Of a stretch of 64,000 bases of DNA, positions 47,548 to 56,753 are shown piece by piece. Made by a program: the position numbers and the translations under genes. The DNA comes from a virus: the IMG/VR virus record IMGVR_UViG_3300027798_003516, positions 1 to 64,000 of that record; one strand, written 5' to 3'. The notes under the pieces were generated by a model. That model had not been told where the DNA came from. It searched no databases and was given only the letters and a program-made list of their open reading frames with translations. Every line of letters starts with the position of its first letter. The stretch's first letter is position 1.

Positions 47548-48501
47548 ATGAAACAGTATTTAACCCGTGAAGAACTAGCCACCTGGCCCAGTGCCGGCAA
47601 GGATGGCTGGATCAAAATGAGATTCAACAGGAATTATGAAACACCATACCTAGACAGTGACATGGATGCATACCTGGTTCCCAATGGGCCAAGTCGGCTC
47701 AGAGACATTACAACTGTCAGCAATGAAATTGCCCAAGAGTTATATGACACCTACGGCAAAATATTTGTTGGAATGAGCGGAGGAATTGACAGCGAATGGG
47801 TAGCCAAAAGTTTTCATAGGCAAGGCATTCCATTTACTCCAATCATATACGAAGCAGAAGACTTACAGGCGTCTGACACTTGGTGGGCACACAAATGGTG
47901 TGCTGACAACAATGTCAAACAGATCACATATAAAGAATACATTTCACAATACATAGTCGGTATTACCGAGCTTGGCAGTCGAGATTGTTTGCGTACTGTT
48001 GGTGGTCCATATATCAGCCGCAGGATTGCCAAATACGCAGAAGATCATGGCGGATTTTTGGTAATGGGAGCTGGATTTCCTGAAGTATTTCCAGACCCAA
48101 ACATTGGGTACATTGCCGGTCGATTCTTTGACAACAAATTTGTAAATGCAGACGGCTCCTTGAAGAATGCTGGTTGGCTGTTTCACGAAGCAGACTTTAC
48201 AATCAACAGGTACTGTGGGAATCATCCTTGGAATTTCCTTAGCTGGAATCCAGAAATTGTATTATCATACATCACGCTTCGAACAGAAGGTACCACTGAG
48301 TTTAATAAAGCAAGAATCTTTGATTGTTTACCACGACCTAAAAGTACCGGTGTTCCAGATGTATTTTGGAGATCCAGGCTTCCACTCATTGACAAATGGA
48401 CAAAGATTAAAAACCGTGTTGGCACAAGCGAATCAGAATTTCTTGGAACAACTGAACAGTTGATCGCAATATTGACCACTGGAGATATACATGCAGTCTG
48501 A
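47548..48501 (+). CDS. PP-loop (adenine nucleotide alpha hydrolase) enzyme
   Basis: VGMSGGIDS; ATG 5 nt after ATAACTA. Confidence 0.7.
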   Translation: MKQYLTREELATWPSAGKDGWIKMRFNRNYETPYLDSDMDAYLVPNGPSRLRDITTVSNEIAQELYDTYGKIFVGMSGGIDSEWVAKSFHRQGIPFTPIIYEAEDLQASDTWWAHKWCADNNVKQITYKEYISQYIVGITELGSRDCLRTVGGPYISRRIAKYAEDHGGFLVMGAGFPEVFPDPNIGYIAGRFFDNKFVNADGSLKNAGWLFHEADFTINRYCGNHPWNFLSWNPEIVLSYITLRTEGTTEFNKARIFDCLPRPKSTGVPDVFWRSRLPLIDKWTKIKNRVGTSESEFLGTTEQLIAILTTGDIHAV

Positions 48502-49048
48502 GAAAATTGAGTTTACATTTAAACTTGGATTAATTAACTTGTACCACCCGGTGCCTGTGAAATTCTCACTGAATGATACAACTGTACACAATTTATCATT
48601 GGGTGCCAACAGCAATAGTATCAGTTTTATTACACAGCTAGAAGATAACCAGGCCTATTGTCTTAAATTCCAAGTTTCGGCACTGGACAAGCCTGCTAAA
48701 ATTGTTATTAACAATATTAATGTTAATTGGCCAATTGATACAGAATCGTCAAGATATCTAAGACCCGGCTGGCGAGCAGAGAGTCCAAACGAGGTTTGGA
48801 ATTATACTGATCCGGATGCAGGAAGGAGACAAGAGTTACTGGTTAAGCGAACACAAAATATTGATTTAGATTACTTTATTGGGCCGCAGGCTAGTTATAT
48901 TAAAAAGTTTGGTCGGTTTGAATCAGCCAGCGGCGAAATCACATATTTTTCTAATTTAAATAAACCATTTGCCATCACTGCTCCTGGCGCATTTAAATTA
49001 GATTTTACTTCACCTATTAGCTATTGGTTATACAGAAACTTGTTCTAA
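48491..49048 (+). CDS. hypothetical protein
   Basis: GGAG RBS; overlaps end of PP-loop gene. Confidence 0.6.
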   Translation: MQSEKIEFTFKLGLINLYHPVPVKFSLNDTTVHNLSLGANSNSISFITQLEDNQAYCLKFQVSALDKPAKIVINNINVNWPIDTESSRYLRPGWRAESPNEVWNYTDPDAGRRQELLVKRTQNIDLDYFIGPQASYIKKFGRFESASGEITYFSNLNKPFAITAPGAFKLDFTSPISYWLYRNLF

Positions 49049-49906
49049 CCATTTGCGGAAATGCAATTTTTGCTCTTCTAGATTGTCTGGATGAATCTCA
49101 ATGTTGGTCAATTGTTCTGCTTGATTTTTATCCTGTGCCCATGCAGTTTCCCAAACCCTAGAATTAATTTCCCAATTTTGTGCGCCATATCGAGTATCTT
49201 TATACTTGTATACATTGATTTTGGTCAGTGCATCAGAGACTGGGATGCATACAGTAATAAACCACGCACCTGGTTGCCATTCTATCATGGTGTAAGGGAA
49301 AACTGTGGTCCATGCGGCTGAATACGGCAATGCCCTATCTGCATCCAATAGTGTGCTGTTAAATTCATTGTCCACTTCAACTCGCGGCACCAATTGAACG
49401 CTGGCATTGTCTTTGTAATGCCATTTGATATTGCTAATATTTGGTGCGCTGATTTCTTGATAAACACCGGGGTGTACAATTGGAATATGATCTACATCTA
49501 AAAACAAATCAATTACCTTTTTCCAATGAGCATTGACCGTGTCAATTCTGTTTTCAACCAATATTAAATTACGATTATCTAAAAAATTTAGCTCGGTTAA
49601 ATCTACAGCATCTGAAAATACAAAATTATTTGAAACAAACACATCCTTAGTATCCAATGCCAAACTGTTTGGACATTTGGTGTTGCCACTGCCCAATGGC
49701 TCACCGTGTAAATCATAGCGCCAGCCGTGGAATGGACACATCCTGTCGCCTCGACCAGCATCGCCGCGTAACCTGCTTCCTTGATGCCGGCATACATTAC
49801 TGACCAGCGATAATTTATGGTCGTTGTTGATTAATGCCCAATTTGGCAATTGCGGATACACTCGCCAATGATTGTGTTTGACGTCGGAAACATGACTTAG
49901 GAACAT
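49028..49906 (-). CDS. Rieske non-heme iron oxygenase alpha subunit
   Basis: CRHQG...CPFHGW Rieske ligands; DVDHIPIVH and distal QD iron ligands. Confidence 0.88.
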   Translation of the reverse strand: MFLSHVSDVKHNHWRVYPQLPNWALINNDHKLSLVSNVCRHQGSRLRGDAGRGDRMCPFHGWRYDLHGEPLGSGNTKCPNSLALDTKDVFVSNNFVFSDAVDLTELNFLDNRNLILVENRIDTVNAHWKKVIDLFLDVDHIPIVHPGVYQEISAPNISNIKWHYKDNASVQLVPRVEVDNEFNSTLLDADRALPYSAAWTTVFPYTMIEWQPGAWFITVCIPVSDALTKINVYKYKDTRYGAQNWEINSRVWETAWAQDKNQAEQLTNIEIHPDNLEEQKLHFRKWLEQVSV

Positions 49907-49920
49907 GTAGATATTTATTG

Positions 49921-49951
49921 AAAAAAATAAGGAACCGTAGTTCCTTATTTT
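49921..49951. terminator. intrinsic terminator
   Basis: AAAATAAGGAAC-CGTA-GTTCCTTATTTT. Confidence 0.75.
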
Positions 49952-49967
49952 AGATTTTAACCTGGAG

Positions 49968-50264
49968 TTAAACTACGGATTCTGATGATGTAATGTTATT
50001 TGCTGAGCAATGTGCAATTCTTGCATCTTCGACTGCAACAACTACAGCCTCAGCCTGATACTGGGCACAGGCCTCTGGAGTTGTAAAGATCAGTGTTTGT
50101 ACAAATGTTAACAGATCAGCAGTAGTAGAAATGTTGTGTTCTAGTAGTGTTGGGTTGGCACCCAGATATTTTGCGTTCAATGCTTCTCTGTGTTCTTTTG
50201 GCATTCCAAAATAAAACCCAACTGATGTGTTTGGTCGAATTTGAATTTTTGTTAAAGTTGTCAT
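49968..50264 (-). CDS. small protein, paralogue family A
   Basis: RPNTSVGFY...RIAHCSANNIT. Confidence 0.7.
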   Translation of the reverse strand: MTTLTKIQIRPNTSVGFYFGMPKEHREALNAKYLGANPTLLEHNISTTADLLTFVQTLIFTTPEACAQYQAEAVVVAVEDARIAHCSANNITSSESVV

Positions 50265-50277
50265 TTTATATTATCCT

Positions 50278-50601
50278 TTATTCCATTGGTATTGGGTCAT
50301 TATCGTCATTGATCAATTCGCCGTGGTAGTCGAGAGTAATATTGTTAGAAATACAATATAACAATCGAGCCTCTTTCATTACGATTGCATCTGCATCAAA
50401 AACAAATTCATCAAATGCGGCCTTTGATTTCCAAAAAGAGTAAACTGAAAGAGTTAAACCGTCCTCTGACAATTTTGATTGTGTATTTGTTTTACCTGTT
50501 TCGGTATATCGAGTTTGATACAAGTCCCTGAATTGGTCCTCAATTGAATAAAACGGGACAGAAGTATTTTCTCTAATAAATGTTGCTGTTGAAATTAGCA
50601 T
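50278..50601 (-). CDS. small protein, paralogue family A
   Basis: RENTSVPFY...RLLYCISNNIT. Confidence 0.7.
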   Translation of the reverse strand: MLISTATFIRENTSVPFYSIEDQFRDLYQTRYTETGKTNTQSKLSEDGLTLSVYSFWKSKAAFDEFVFDADAIVMKEARLLYCISNNITLDYHGELINDDNDPIPME

Positions 50602-50677
50602 GTGTTCTCCAATTATCTGGCTTAAAACGCTCTTGACTATTTAGCCAAACAATATAATGTTCTACAGTTATTTAGCA

Positions 50678-50878
50678 TCAGTTGTAATTACTGTAGTCCG
50701 GATAGTTAAAAAACTGCTCCAAATAGTTGCTGATATTGCCATAAATTATTGCTTCAAGATGTTCTTGCTGTTCAGGCGTTAAATCAGTGTCTTTCTCAAT
50801 GGACTCGTGCAGAGTCAACAGCCAAGAATTTATAGTGTCCATACAAACCTGATGATGTTGCCTTTTTATATTGCTCAT
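50678..50878 (-). CDS. hypothetical protein
   Basis: Promoter TTGACA-17-TAAAAT at 50885-50913. Confidence 0.55.
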   Translation of the reverse strand: MSNIKRQHHQVCMDTINSWLLTLHESIEKDTDLTPEQQEHLEAIIYGNISNYLEQFFNYPDYSNYN

Positions 50879-50934
50879 TGTGTAATTTTACGCTATACTA
50901 GTACGAATGTCAATCTTGTTACTATAAATACACC

Positions 50935-51492
50935 ATGCTACTCGACAACCAATATCCTGCGCTGTTATTAAACGCAGACTTTCAACCATTTCATATCCAT
51001 CCATTGAGTACGGTCAACTGGCAAGATGCAATCAAAGCCATTGTGTCGGACCGAGTTACCATAGTTGAAGAATACGATTATGAAATACATAGTGCAAGCC
51101 GTGCCTGGCGATTGCCCAGCGTCATTGCGCTCAAAGACTATGTCAAACGAGATCAAACCCCAACATTCAGCAGGTACAATGTTTATCTTCGCGACAACTT
51201 CACTTGCCAATATTGCGGATCAGAATTTGAGACTCGCGCATTGACATTTGACCATGTGATACCAAGGCATCACGGTGGTGTTAGTTCTTGGCAAAATGTT
51301 GTGGCCGCTTGTAGCCCATGTAATCATAAGAAAGGCAGTAAGTTACCGGCCGAAGCTAAAATGTTTCCCATGGTGAAACCCAAGGAACCAACCAGTTGGG
51401 ACCTGCATGCCCGTGGAAGAAGGATTCCTCAAAAATATTTGCACGAAACTTGGAGAGATTATCTTTACTGGGATGCTGAACTCGAAGCGTAG
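50935..51492 (+). CDS. HNH endonuclease (McrA-like)
   Basis: RDNFTCQYCG, TFDHVIPR, WQNVVAACSPCNHKKG; TATAAATA 4 nt upstream. Confidence 0.9.
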   Translation: MLLDNQYPALLLNADFQPFHIHPLSTVNWQDAIKAIVSDRVTIVEEYDYEIHSASRAWRLPSVIALKDYVKRDQTPTFSRYNVYLRDNFTCQYCGSEFETRALTFDHVIPRHHGGVSSWQNVVAACSPCNHKKGSKLPAEAKMFPMVKPKEPTSWDLHARGRRIPQKYLHETWRDYLYWDAELEA

Positions 51493-52337
51493 GATTCTGT
51501 GGCCAGAGTTAAATCATGCTCAATGTTTGCTCGCCACATCAATCTAATGGCGCCTGTATCCAGTCCTAGGTCACCTCGGCGGTGTACAAAAGGCCAGTTA
51601 TCATATAAGATAATGTCATTGGGAGTCCAGTGATGCTCGTACACGCATCCTGGAACTTCGGCCATGGCTTCCATCAATTCTTCTACAATGCCTGTGCCCA
51701 TGCTGATGCCATCACGCTTGGTATCTAATATCCAAGAATCTTCTACGCCGTGATAATTACAACGGGGACTCCATCGTTGAGTTACTGGATGTTGTTTCAT
51801 TGAAGGCCATTCAATTATGTCTCGACCAGGATGATGCCAATTTTGTTGCATGACGGTAATGCTTTCCCAGCGTTTTCTCAGTGCTGGATGCACTTCTGGA
51901 TATGCCAATTCCATGTCTAACCAGTATGTGAAGCCAGCGTCAACATTGGGCACAGTTTTCATATAAATGCAACGATGCGGGAAATTTGTTTTACCGTCAA
52001 CTCTATTGGCAATATCAGCATGCCAGGGCATTTCGTAATCTATTAGGCGCTTGCTGATTTTATTACTCATTTGAGTAATGTACCTGATGTTGCCAGTGAC
52101 TGTATCTCTAACCGGTTCCCATTTTTCTATACTTTTTTGATAATCTAATGCATTCCACGGCTGACCCCATAAAGCTAAAAAATTCCAATATTCTAACTTG
52201 GTCCAATTTGGAGCATGAAATACCAACATTTTACGATCGTACAACAGTTTCTTAAGTTCACGAGTGTCTTGGGTTGACAGGTCGCTCATGTCTGTGAATT
52301 CTGTGCCCCAATCGTTGAATATGTTCTTTATTTCCAT
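51465..52337 (-). CDS. TauD/TfdA-family Fe(II)/2OG dioxygenase
   Basis: WHAD, TYW, HHW..NDIILYDNW..VHRR; paralogue of 905-1726. Confidence 0.85.
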   Translation of the reverse strand: MEIKNIFNDWGTEFTDMSDLSTQDTRELKKLLYDRKMLVFHAPNWTKLEYWNFLALWGQPWNALDYQKSIEKWEPVRDTVTGNIRYITQMSNKISKRLIDYEMPWHADIANRVDGKTNFPHRCIYMKTVPNVDAGFTYWLDMELAYPEVHPALRKRWESITVMQQNWHHPGRDIIEWPSMKQHPVTQRWSPRCNYHGVEDSWILDTKRDGISMGTGIVEELMEAMAEVPGCVYEHHWTPNDIILYDNWPFVHRRGDLGLDTGAIRLMWRANIEHDLTLATESYASSSASQ

Positions 52338-52352
52338 GTCTGTATTTATAGA

Positions 52353-52613
52353 CTACCGTGACAGCTTGTTGAGCATGTGTTTTTCAGCAAAATCTTTTAA
52401 GGATTCGTCACGAGATTCTATTAGCTTGGGCAGAATACTTTGTATTAATGAAACAACATAGCGTTCACCTGGTTCTTTCAATTCGCTGTAACGGGGATTT
52501 GAACTGATGTAACAGTACTCTTTGTTGTTGAGCATCTCTTTTAAACTGCCCATGATCATATTACTGACCTGTGCATCAAGTTCGATGGCTTCGATGCTTT
52601 TTGTATTACTCAT
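52353..52613 (-). CDS. hypothetical protein
   Basis: AAGGA RBS before MSNTK. Confidence 0.55.
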   Translation of the reverse strand: MSNTKSIEAIELDAQVSNMIMGSLKEMLNNKEYCYISSNPRYSELKEPGERYVVSLIQSILPKLIESRDESLKDFAEKHMLNKLSR

Positions 52614-52642
52614 ATATTTCCTTTTAAACCAAGACCAAACAA

Positions 52643-53266
52643 TCATTTTACTAAGAATTCGTACAAATTATTTTCAAACTCACCAATGGTCAAATCTTGC
52701 ATTCCTAAATTAATCCAATTGGCATGCCAAGGTTGCTGACCACGCAATAGAGCTCGCCCTAGTACAACAACAATTGCCCATTCTTTTCTTTCAAACCGCG
52801 GAAGGTATGGCATTTGTAATCTAGTATTTTCACTGTATTCTTTAGTCTGTTTTTGCCTACGCAATGGAATCATTGTGGTGTATTCTCCCTGCTTGGTCGG
52901 CCAATGGTCGTATACTTTGGCATCAGCTGGCACCGTTATTCCTTCCGGAATCCGGTCTTGCTCGTACCAATGTCGGTAACCTTTTTCTATCCACTCAACC
53001 ATGCATTGCTTTTCCCAGACTAATCTTTTTGCTGAGTCTCGCACATGTTTGCCGTGCCATTCGTCTGTGCTGGCGCCACTGATGTAATGCACACTGGTAT
53101 TGTCGCCTGCTACAATTCCAAACGGAACGTCGCCTTCTACGGCAATTCTAATTTTGTCATCGTGGTCAATTGTCACTGAATAGGCTGTCCGATCCTCACG
53201 AGTTGGATTACCGTCGGCCCATTCAAACATTTCAGCATATCCAGTTGCAGTTGTATTATTTTTCAT
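52643..53266 (-). CDS. stand-alone peptidase G2/intramolecular chaperone-like domain
   Basis: YAEMFEWADGN...GIV...YLPR.ERKEW..V..LG. Confidence 0.7.
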   Translation of the reverse strand: MKNNTTATGYAEMFEWADGNPTREDRTAYSVTIDHDDKIRIAVEGDVPFGIVAGDNTSVHYISGASTDEWHGKHVRDSAKRLVWEKQCMVEWIEKGYRHWYEQDRIPEGITVPADAKVYDHWPTKQGEYTTMIPLRRQKQTKEYSENTRLQMPYLPRFERKEWAIVVVLGRALLRGQQPWHANWINLGMQDLTIGEFENNLYEFLVK

Positions 53267-53301
53267 ACAGATATTTAATGGCCTGTGCTGGTATATGTTT
53301 G

Positions 53302-54000
53302 TCACATTGTCAATTTAACTCTGGTCAATCGGGTTTCAGCATTGCCCTCTCGGTCAGTCTGGTGTGTTTTAACCACGCCAACAATTTCAAATTCCTCAGG
53401 AGCATCGGGCCACATGTCAATCATTTTGCTACTGGTCCAAAAATACAAGTTGGTGCCGTCTGTGGCACGAACAACTGATCCTGGAAATGCTCGGCCTTCG
53501 AACTTGCTCATTACTTGTACTCGAAGACGCAGATGCTGGTCTATACTGCCTTGGTGTATACTGGTGCCACCAACTCGTAGCAGTACTTCATCTTTGGTTT
53601 CCTTGGCCAGCTCACGCCGGTAACGAACTGCCATGCAGGCCAGATAAGCCATGCCCATGGTGGTATCGACTTCGTCTTGAGTGATAAAGTTCATGATCTT
53701 TTGATCAAACTCATTCAGGCGATCTGACAATGCTTTGAACGCAATACCTTGAAAGTGGTCGTGCATGGCCTGGCCAAATTGACGATCCGTTTCGGTTACA
53801 TTGGGACAACCCAAGGCCAGCTGAGTTTTAATAAGTTCTCGGTTAGGATGCTTTGCTACAACGCCGGTGTCTTGATCAAACTCTGGAAACTTAATGTACA
53901 TGCCTTCATTGACCCGATCAGCCATGGCTACCAGAGACCATGCCTCAGTGAGAGGAAGCTTTTTCTTTTTGATAAAGTTCTTCCGCTCTTCATTGTTCAT
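53302..54000 (-). CDS. hypothetical protein with OB-fold-like C-terminus
   Basis: GVVKTH...ETRLTRVK. Confidence 0.6.
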   Translation of the reverse strand: MNNEERKNFIKKKKLPLTEAWSLVAMADRVNEGMYIKFPEFDQDTGVVAKHPNRELIKTQLALGCPNVTETDRQFGQAMHDHFQGIAFKALSDRLNEFDQKIMNFITQDEVDTTMGMAYLACMAVRYRRELAKETKDEVLLRVGGTSIHQGSIDQHLRLRVQVMSKFEGRAFPGSVVRATDGTNLYFWTSSKMIDMWPDAPEEFEIVGVVKTHQTDREGNAETRLTRVKLTM

Positions 54001-54003
54001 TTG

Positions 54004-54222
54004 TTATCCTCTATAATATTGTACAACGCCTAGTAACCACACAGTGGCCAACATGGCAAAGTTTGCGGCACTGGGCCAATCTTTACTTCGTACAGCAGTC
54101 ACCAACCAAGCGGCGTTTCCTACAAATAGTAGCTCAATGCCTATAATAGGATCCAGATTAAAACTGACTACTATAGCACCTGCAAACATGATGCCAAAAC
54201 AGATCCATTTGGCCAGGTTCAT
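54004..54222 (-). CDS. small multi-pass membrane protein
   Basis: Three hydrophobic helices. Confidence 0.6.
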   Translation of the reverse strand: MNLAKWICFGIMFAGAIVVSFNLDPIIGIELLFVGNAAWLVTAVRSKDWPSAANFAMLATVWLLGVVQYYRG

Positions 54223-54330
54223 TTTTCTTTATTCTTGTGCATATCCCATAGTACTACTCCTACCACAGTTAGCATGACTACAATAGCAACAATTTCATCA
54301 ATGGTCATATTCATACTTTGTATTTATTTT

Positions 54331-54720
54331 TCAATTCCAGCGACCTTGTAGTCTTTGATCAGCACGAGACACCGCTTCAAGCCGTTCTTGTTCAGTGAGT
54401 TCATCGCAACGGCTAGAGTGATCTAGGGCTCGCAACCACTGCACACCTTTTCGAGGTGCATAGGTGTTCTCCACTGTACGAAACACAGCCCAAGTGCCAA
54501 ACACCATACTGATAACAGCAATGTGACCCAGCATGTTATAGCCAATTGTGAGCAGTTCACCTACATATAGTCCAAATGCTAAACTCCAAAAGCAACCTAA
54601 CAGGATGCTGAGAAAATATTTGACATACACAGGTGCGTGACGCAGAGGATTTAGATTGGGATTCAATATGTCTTTGCTTGATTTAAAAATCAAGTATAAA
54701 AATTTCAATATACTAAACAT
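54331..54720 (-). CDS. membrane protein
   Basis: NPLRH motif and two TM helices. Confidence 0.6.
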   Translation of the reverse strand: MFSILKFLYLIFKSSKDILNPNLNPLRHAPVYVKYFLSILLGCFWSLAFGLYVGELLTIGYNMLGHIAVISMVFGTWAVFRTVENTYAPRKGVQWLRALDHSSRCDELTEQERLEAVSRADQRLQGRWN

Positions 54721-54865
54721 CGTCTTTCTCTTTCTCTTCAATTTCTAATGTAGGGAAGCACATCTTCGTACCATCCCAACGCTGTCCGCACCAACACTCA
54801 CCTTGATCGTTGATGATACAATTACCACCTCCGCAACACCTATCATCCTTGGTGTTTTCGCTCAT
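54713..54865 (-). CDS. 50-aa Cys-rich peptide
   Basis: MSENTKDDRCCGGGNC...CWCG...MC. Confidence 0.5.
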   Translation of the reverse strand: MSENTKDDRCCGGGNCIINDQGECWCGQRWDGTKMCFPTLEIEEKEKDDV

Positions 54866-54867
54866 TT

Positions 54868-55107
54868 TTAATTTTTCTCCGCGGGCCACCGATGCGGCGG
54901 AATCTTTGCAAGTTCTTCTTCCGTTGCATAGCGTGGGAGAGATGTTCCACCAAAAGGTTGCCAACTGTCTGCTGTGAATATTCTAACAGGTTTCCAGTAC
55001 TTGTGCAAGATGTTGTTGATTACTGCACAGCCTGCAACAATTATAACAAACCCCAGCATAATTAATACACTGCCTGCCAGGAATACTGCTGATTTATCTA
55101 TGTCCAT
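54868..55107 (-). CDS. small membrane protein (paralogue of 31657-31896)
   Basis: TM helix followed by NNILHKYWKPV. Confidence 0.6.
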   Translation of the reverse strand: MDIDKSAVFLAGSVLIMLGFVIIVAGCAVINNILHKYWKPVRIFTADSWQPFGGTSLPRYATEEELAKIPPHRWPAEKN

Positions 55108-55322
55108 TATTTAACTCCTAATGTTGCAGGACTGTGATCCAATCTATTGCTAAACGCATCCGAATAGAAAGTGGCGTCCTGATCTGTTATTGTAACACAC
55201 AAATCACTATGAAGCAAGTCATAATCGGTGAACTCACCTGAATCTGTGTACACACGGAACTGGTACTTGTTCATGGCTGTATATATTAAATGACCTTCTA
55301 CACCGTTTGCTGATAGTTTCAT
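55107..55322 (-). CDS. hypothetical protein
   Basis: Translationally coupled ORF. Confidence 0.55.
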   Translation of the reverse strand: MKLSANGVEGHLIYTAMNKYQFRVYTDSGEFTDYDLLHSDLCVTITDQDATFYSDAFSNRLDHSPATLGVK

Positions 55323-55585
55323 TATTCAACTCCGAAATGTAGTTTAATCTTGTCCACAATATGTTGGCTTTGCTGGATTCTTGCTTTATTCCAGCTTTCA
55401 TCCTCAGGATTGTGTACTTTCTGATCCTCTACCCACTTCTTTTGTTCTAAGGCAATCTCAGCACATTCCCTAACAATCAACTCGGCGAACTTTTCAAGTA
55501 TTGGATTTCCTTGTTGATCTGTACCAGACATCCAAAGAGAGGATACACTAGCCTGTTCAGCAAGTTGTTTAATTTGTTCGTTCAT
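55322..55585 (-). CDS. tandem paralogue (MNE..LAEQA / EKFAELIV.EC / HFGVE)
   Basis: Blocks shared with 55582-55806. Confidence 0.7.
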   Translation of the reverse strand: MNEQIKQLAEQASVSSLWMSGTDQQGNPILEKFAELIVRECAEIALEQKKWVEDQKVHNPEDESWNKARIQQSQHIVDKIKLHFGVE

Positions 55586-55806
55586 TCTTTAACTCCAAAA
55601 TGTTGTTTAATCTCTAGTATAGGATGCAAGTATTCTTCACCAGGTCTGCTCATTCTAACAGTATATGGAGCAATGATATCAATACATTCCTGCACAATCA
55701 ACTCGGCGAACTTTTCTTTATCAAAGTCCCAACACACTCCGTCATGTGCTGATGGGTCAATACGGGTAGTGGCCTGTTCAGCAAGTTTTTTAATTCGGTC
55801 GTTCAT
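55582..55806 (-). CDS. tandem paralogue (MND..LAEQA / EKFAELIV.EC / HFGVKE)
   Basis: Blocks shared with 55322-55585. Confidence 0.7.
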   Translation of the reverse strand: MNDRIKKLAEQATTRIDPSAHDGVCWDFDKEKFAELIVQECIDIIAPYTVRMSRPGEEYLHPILEIKQHFGVKE

Positions 55807-55898
55807 TCTTCAACTCCAAAATGTTTCTTATCTGCTAACTGTTGTTCCATCCATGTAATAGACCGGGTTAACATATCTTCTGTGATTTCATTTGTCAT
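55803..55898 (-). CDS. 31-aa ORF sharing only the HFGVEE tail
   Basis: Manual translation MTNEITEDMLTRSITWMEQQLADKKHFGVEE. Confidence 0.45.
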   Translation of the reverse strand: MTNEITEDMLTRSITWMEQQLADKKHFGVEE

Positions 55899-55900
55899 AG

Positions 55901-56119
55901 TTACCTTGAAAGCTTGTCAACCACTCTTTGGTGGATAAGATCCATTTCATCTTGTTCCATATAAAAGTCTGTGGTTGGGTCATAGTATGCACCTTCTGCA
56001 TTGTCATAGTATAACACACGACCGCTGAAATTAAAAGGCCCCTCTAGTCCTTTTCTAGGTCCATACTTGACACGCATCTGATCCATCTGCGTCTTGTCTG
56101 CTAGAACAGCATAGCCCAT
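55901..56119 (-). CDS. hypothetical protein
   Basis: GLEGPF...YYD...YYDP. Confidence 0.6.
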   Translation of the reverse strand: MGYAVLADKTQMDQMRVKYGPRKGLEGPFNFSGRVLYYDNAEGAYYDPTTDFYMEQDEMDLIHQRVVDKLSR

Positions 56120-56128
56120 GTCAACTCC

Positions 56129-56269
56129 TTAAATGGTATGCAAAGGATTGCGTCTACGCAGGTGAGCCAGGGCGGCTTCCTTTGAGTCAAAGCGACCACT
56201 GATTGGTGTCTGATGTGCGCCTCGCACAATGTACCATCCGCCCAACAAACCGTTGAATATAACTTTCAT
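56129..56269 (-). CDS. 46-aa hypothetical protein
   Basis: Manual translation MKVIFNGLLGGWYIVRG...; AAGGA RBS. Confidence 0.5.
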   Translation of the reverse strand: MKVIFNGLLGGWYIVRGAHQTPISGRFDSKEAALAHLRRRNPLHTI

Positions 56270-56371
56270 TGCAGTTCCTTAAATTTTAGTAAGAATCCAA
56301 ACCTTGACGGCAAAGATTATTGCCACCACTGCCACTGTTACAAGAATTTCCAAATCTGACATTACGACTCC

Positions 56372-56698
56372 TTAGTCTGCTCTTGAACTCATGTATGCAG
56401 TGATGCCATGTGACTTGAGGACGTCAGCGTAGGCTTGTGCGCCTGTTTCTTTGATGTCCATGCTTTGCGTGAAGCTACCACCAGGATTCCAAAGTTGAAG
56501 TCCGCCGCCATATGCAGGCTTGAAGCCCACAGTTTTCAGCGCACGGCCCAATTTGGTTGATGCCTTTTCGCTCACATGCACCCATGCAAAACCGCAGTAG
56601 CCTGGCTCACCGTGCTGAGCACGAAAGTCAGTTTCGGCTTTTTGGGCCGCCGCAGTAGCGGTGTTATGGACGGATTCGATATTGTCTAGTGCAAACAT
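56372..56698 (-). CDS. phage early hypothetical protein
   Basis: CGFAWV and QSMDIKE motifs; promoter TTGACA-17-TATAAT at 56729-56757. Confidence 0.65.
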   Translation of the reverse strand: MFALDNIESVHNTATAAAQKAETDFRAQHGEPGYCGFAWVHVSEKASTKLGRALKTVGFKPAYGGGLQLWNPGGSFTQSMDIKETGAQAYADVLKSHGITAYMSSRAD

Positions 56699-56753
56699 TC
56701 TGAGCTCCTTTTTACTGTTTATGTGTTTATTATACGACCTATTGGACCAAATG

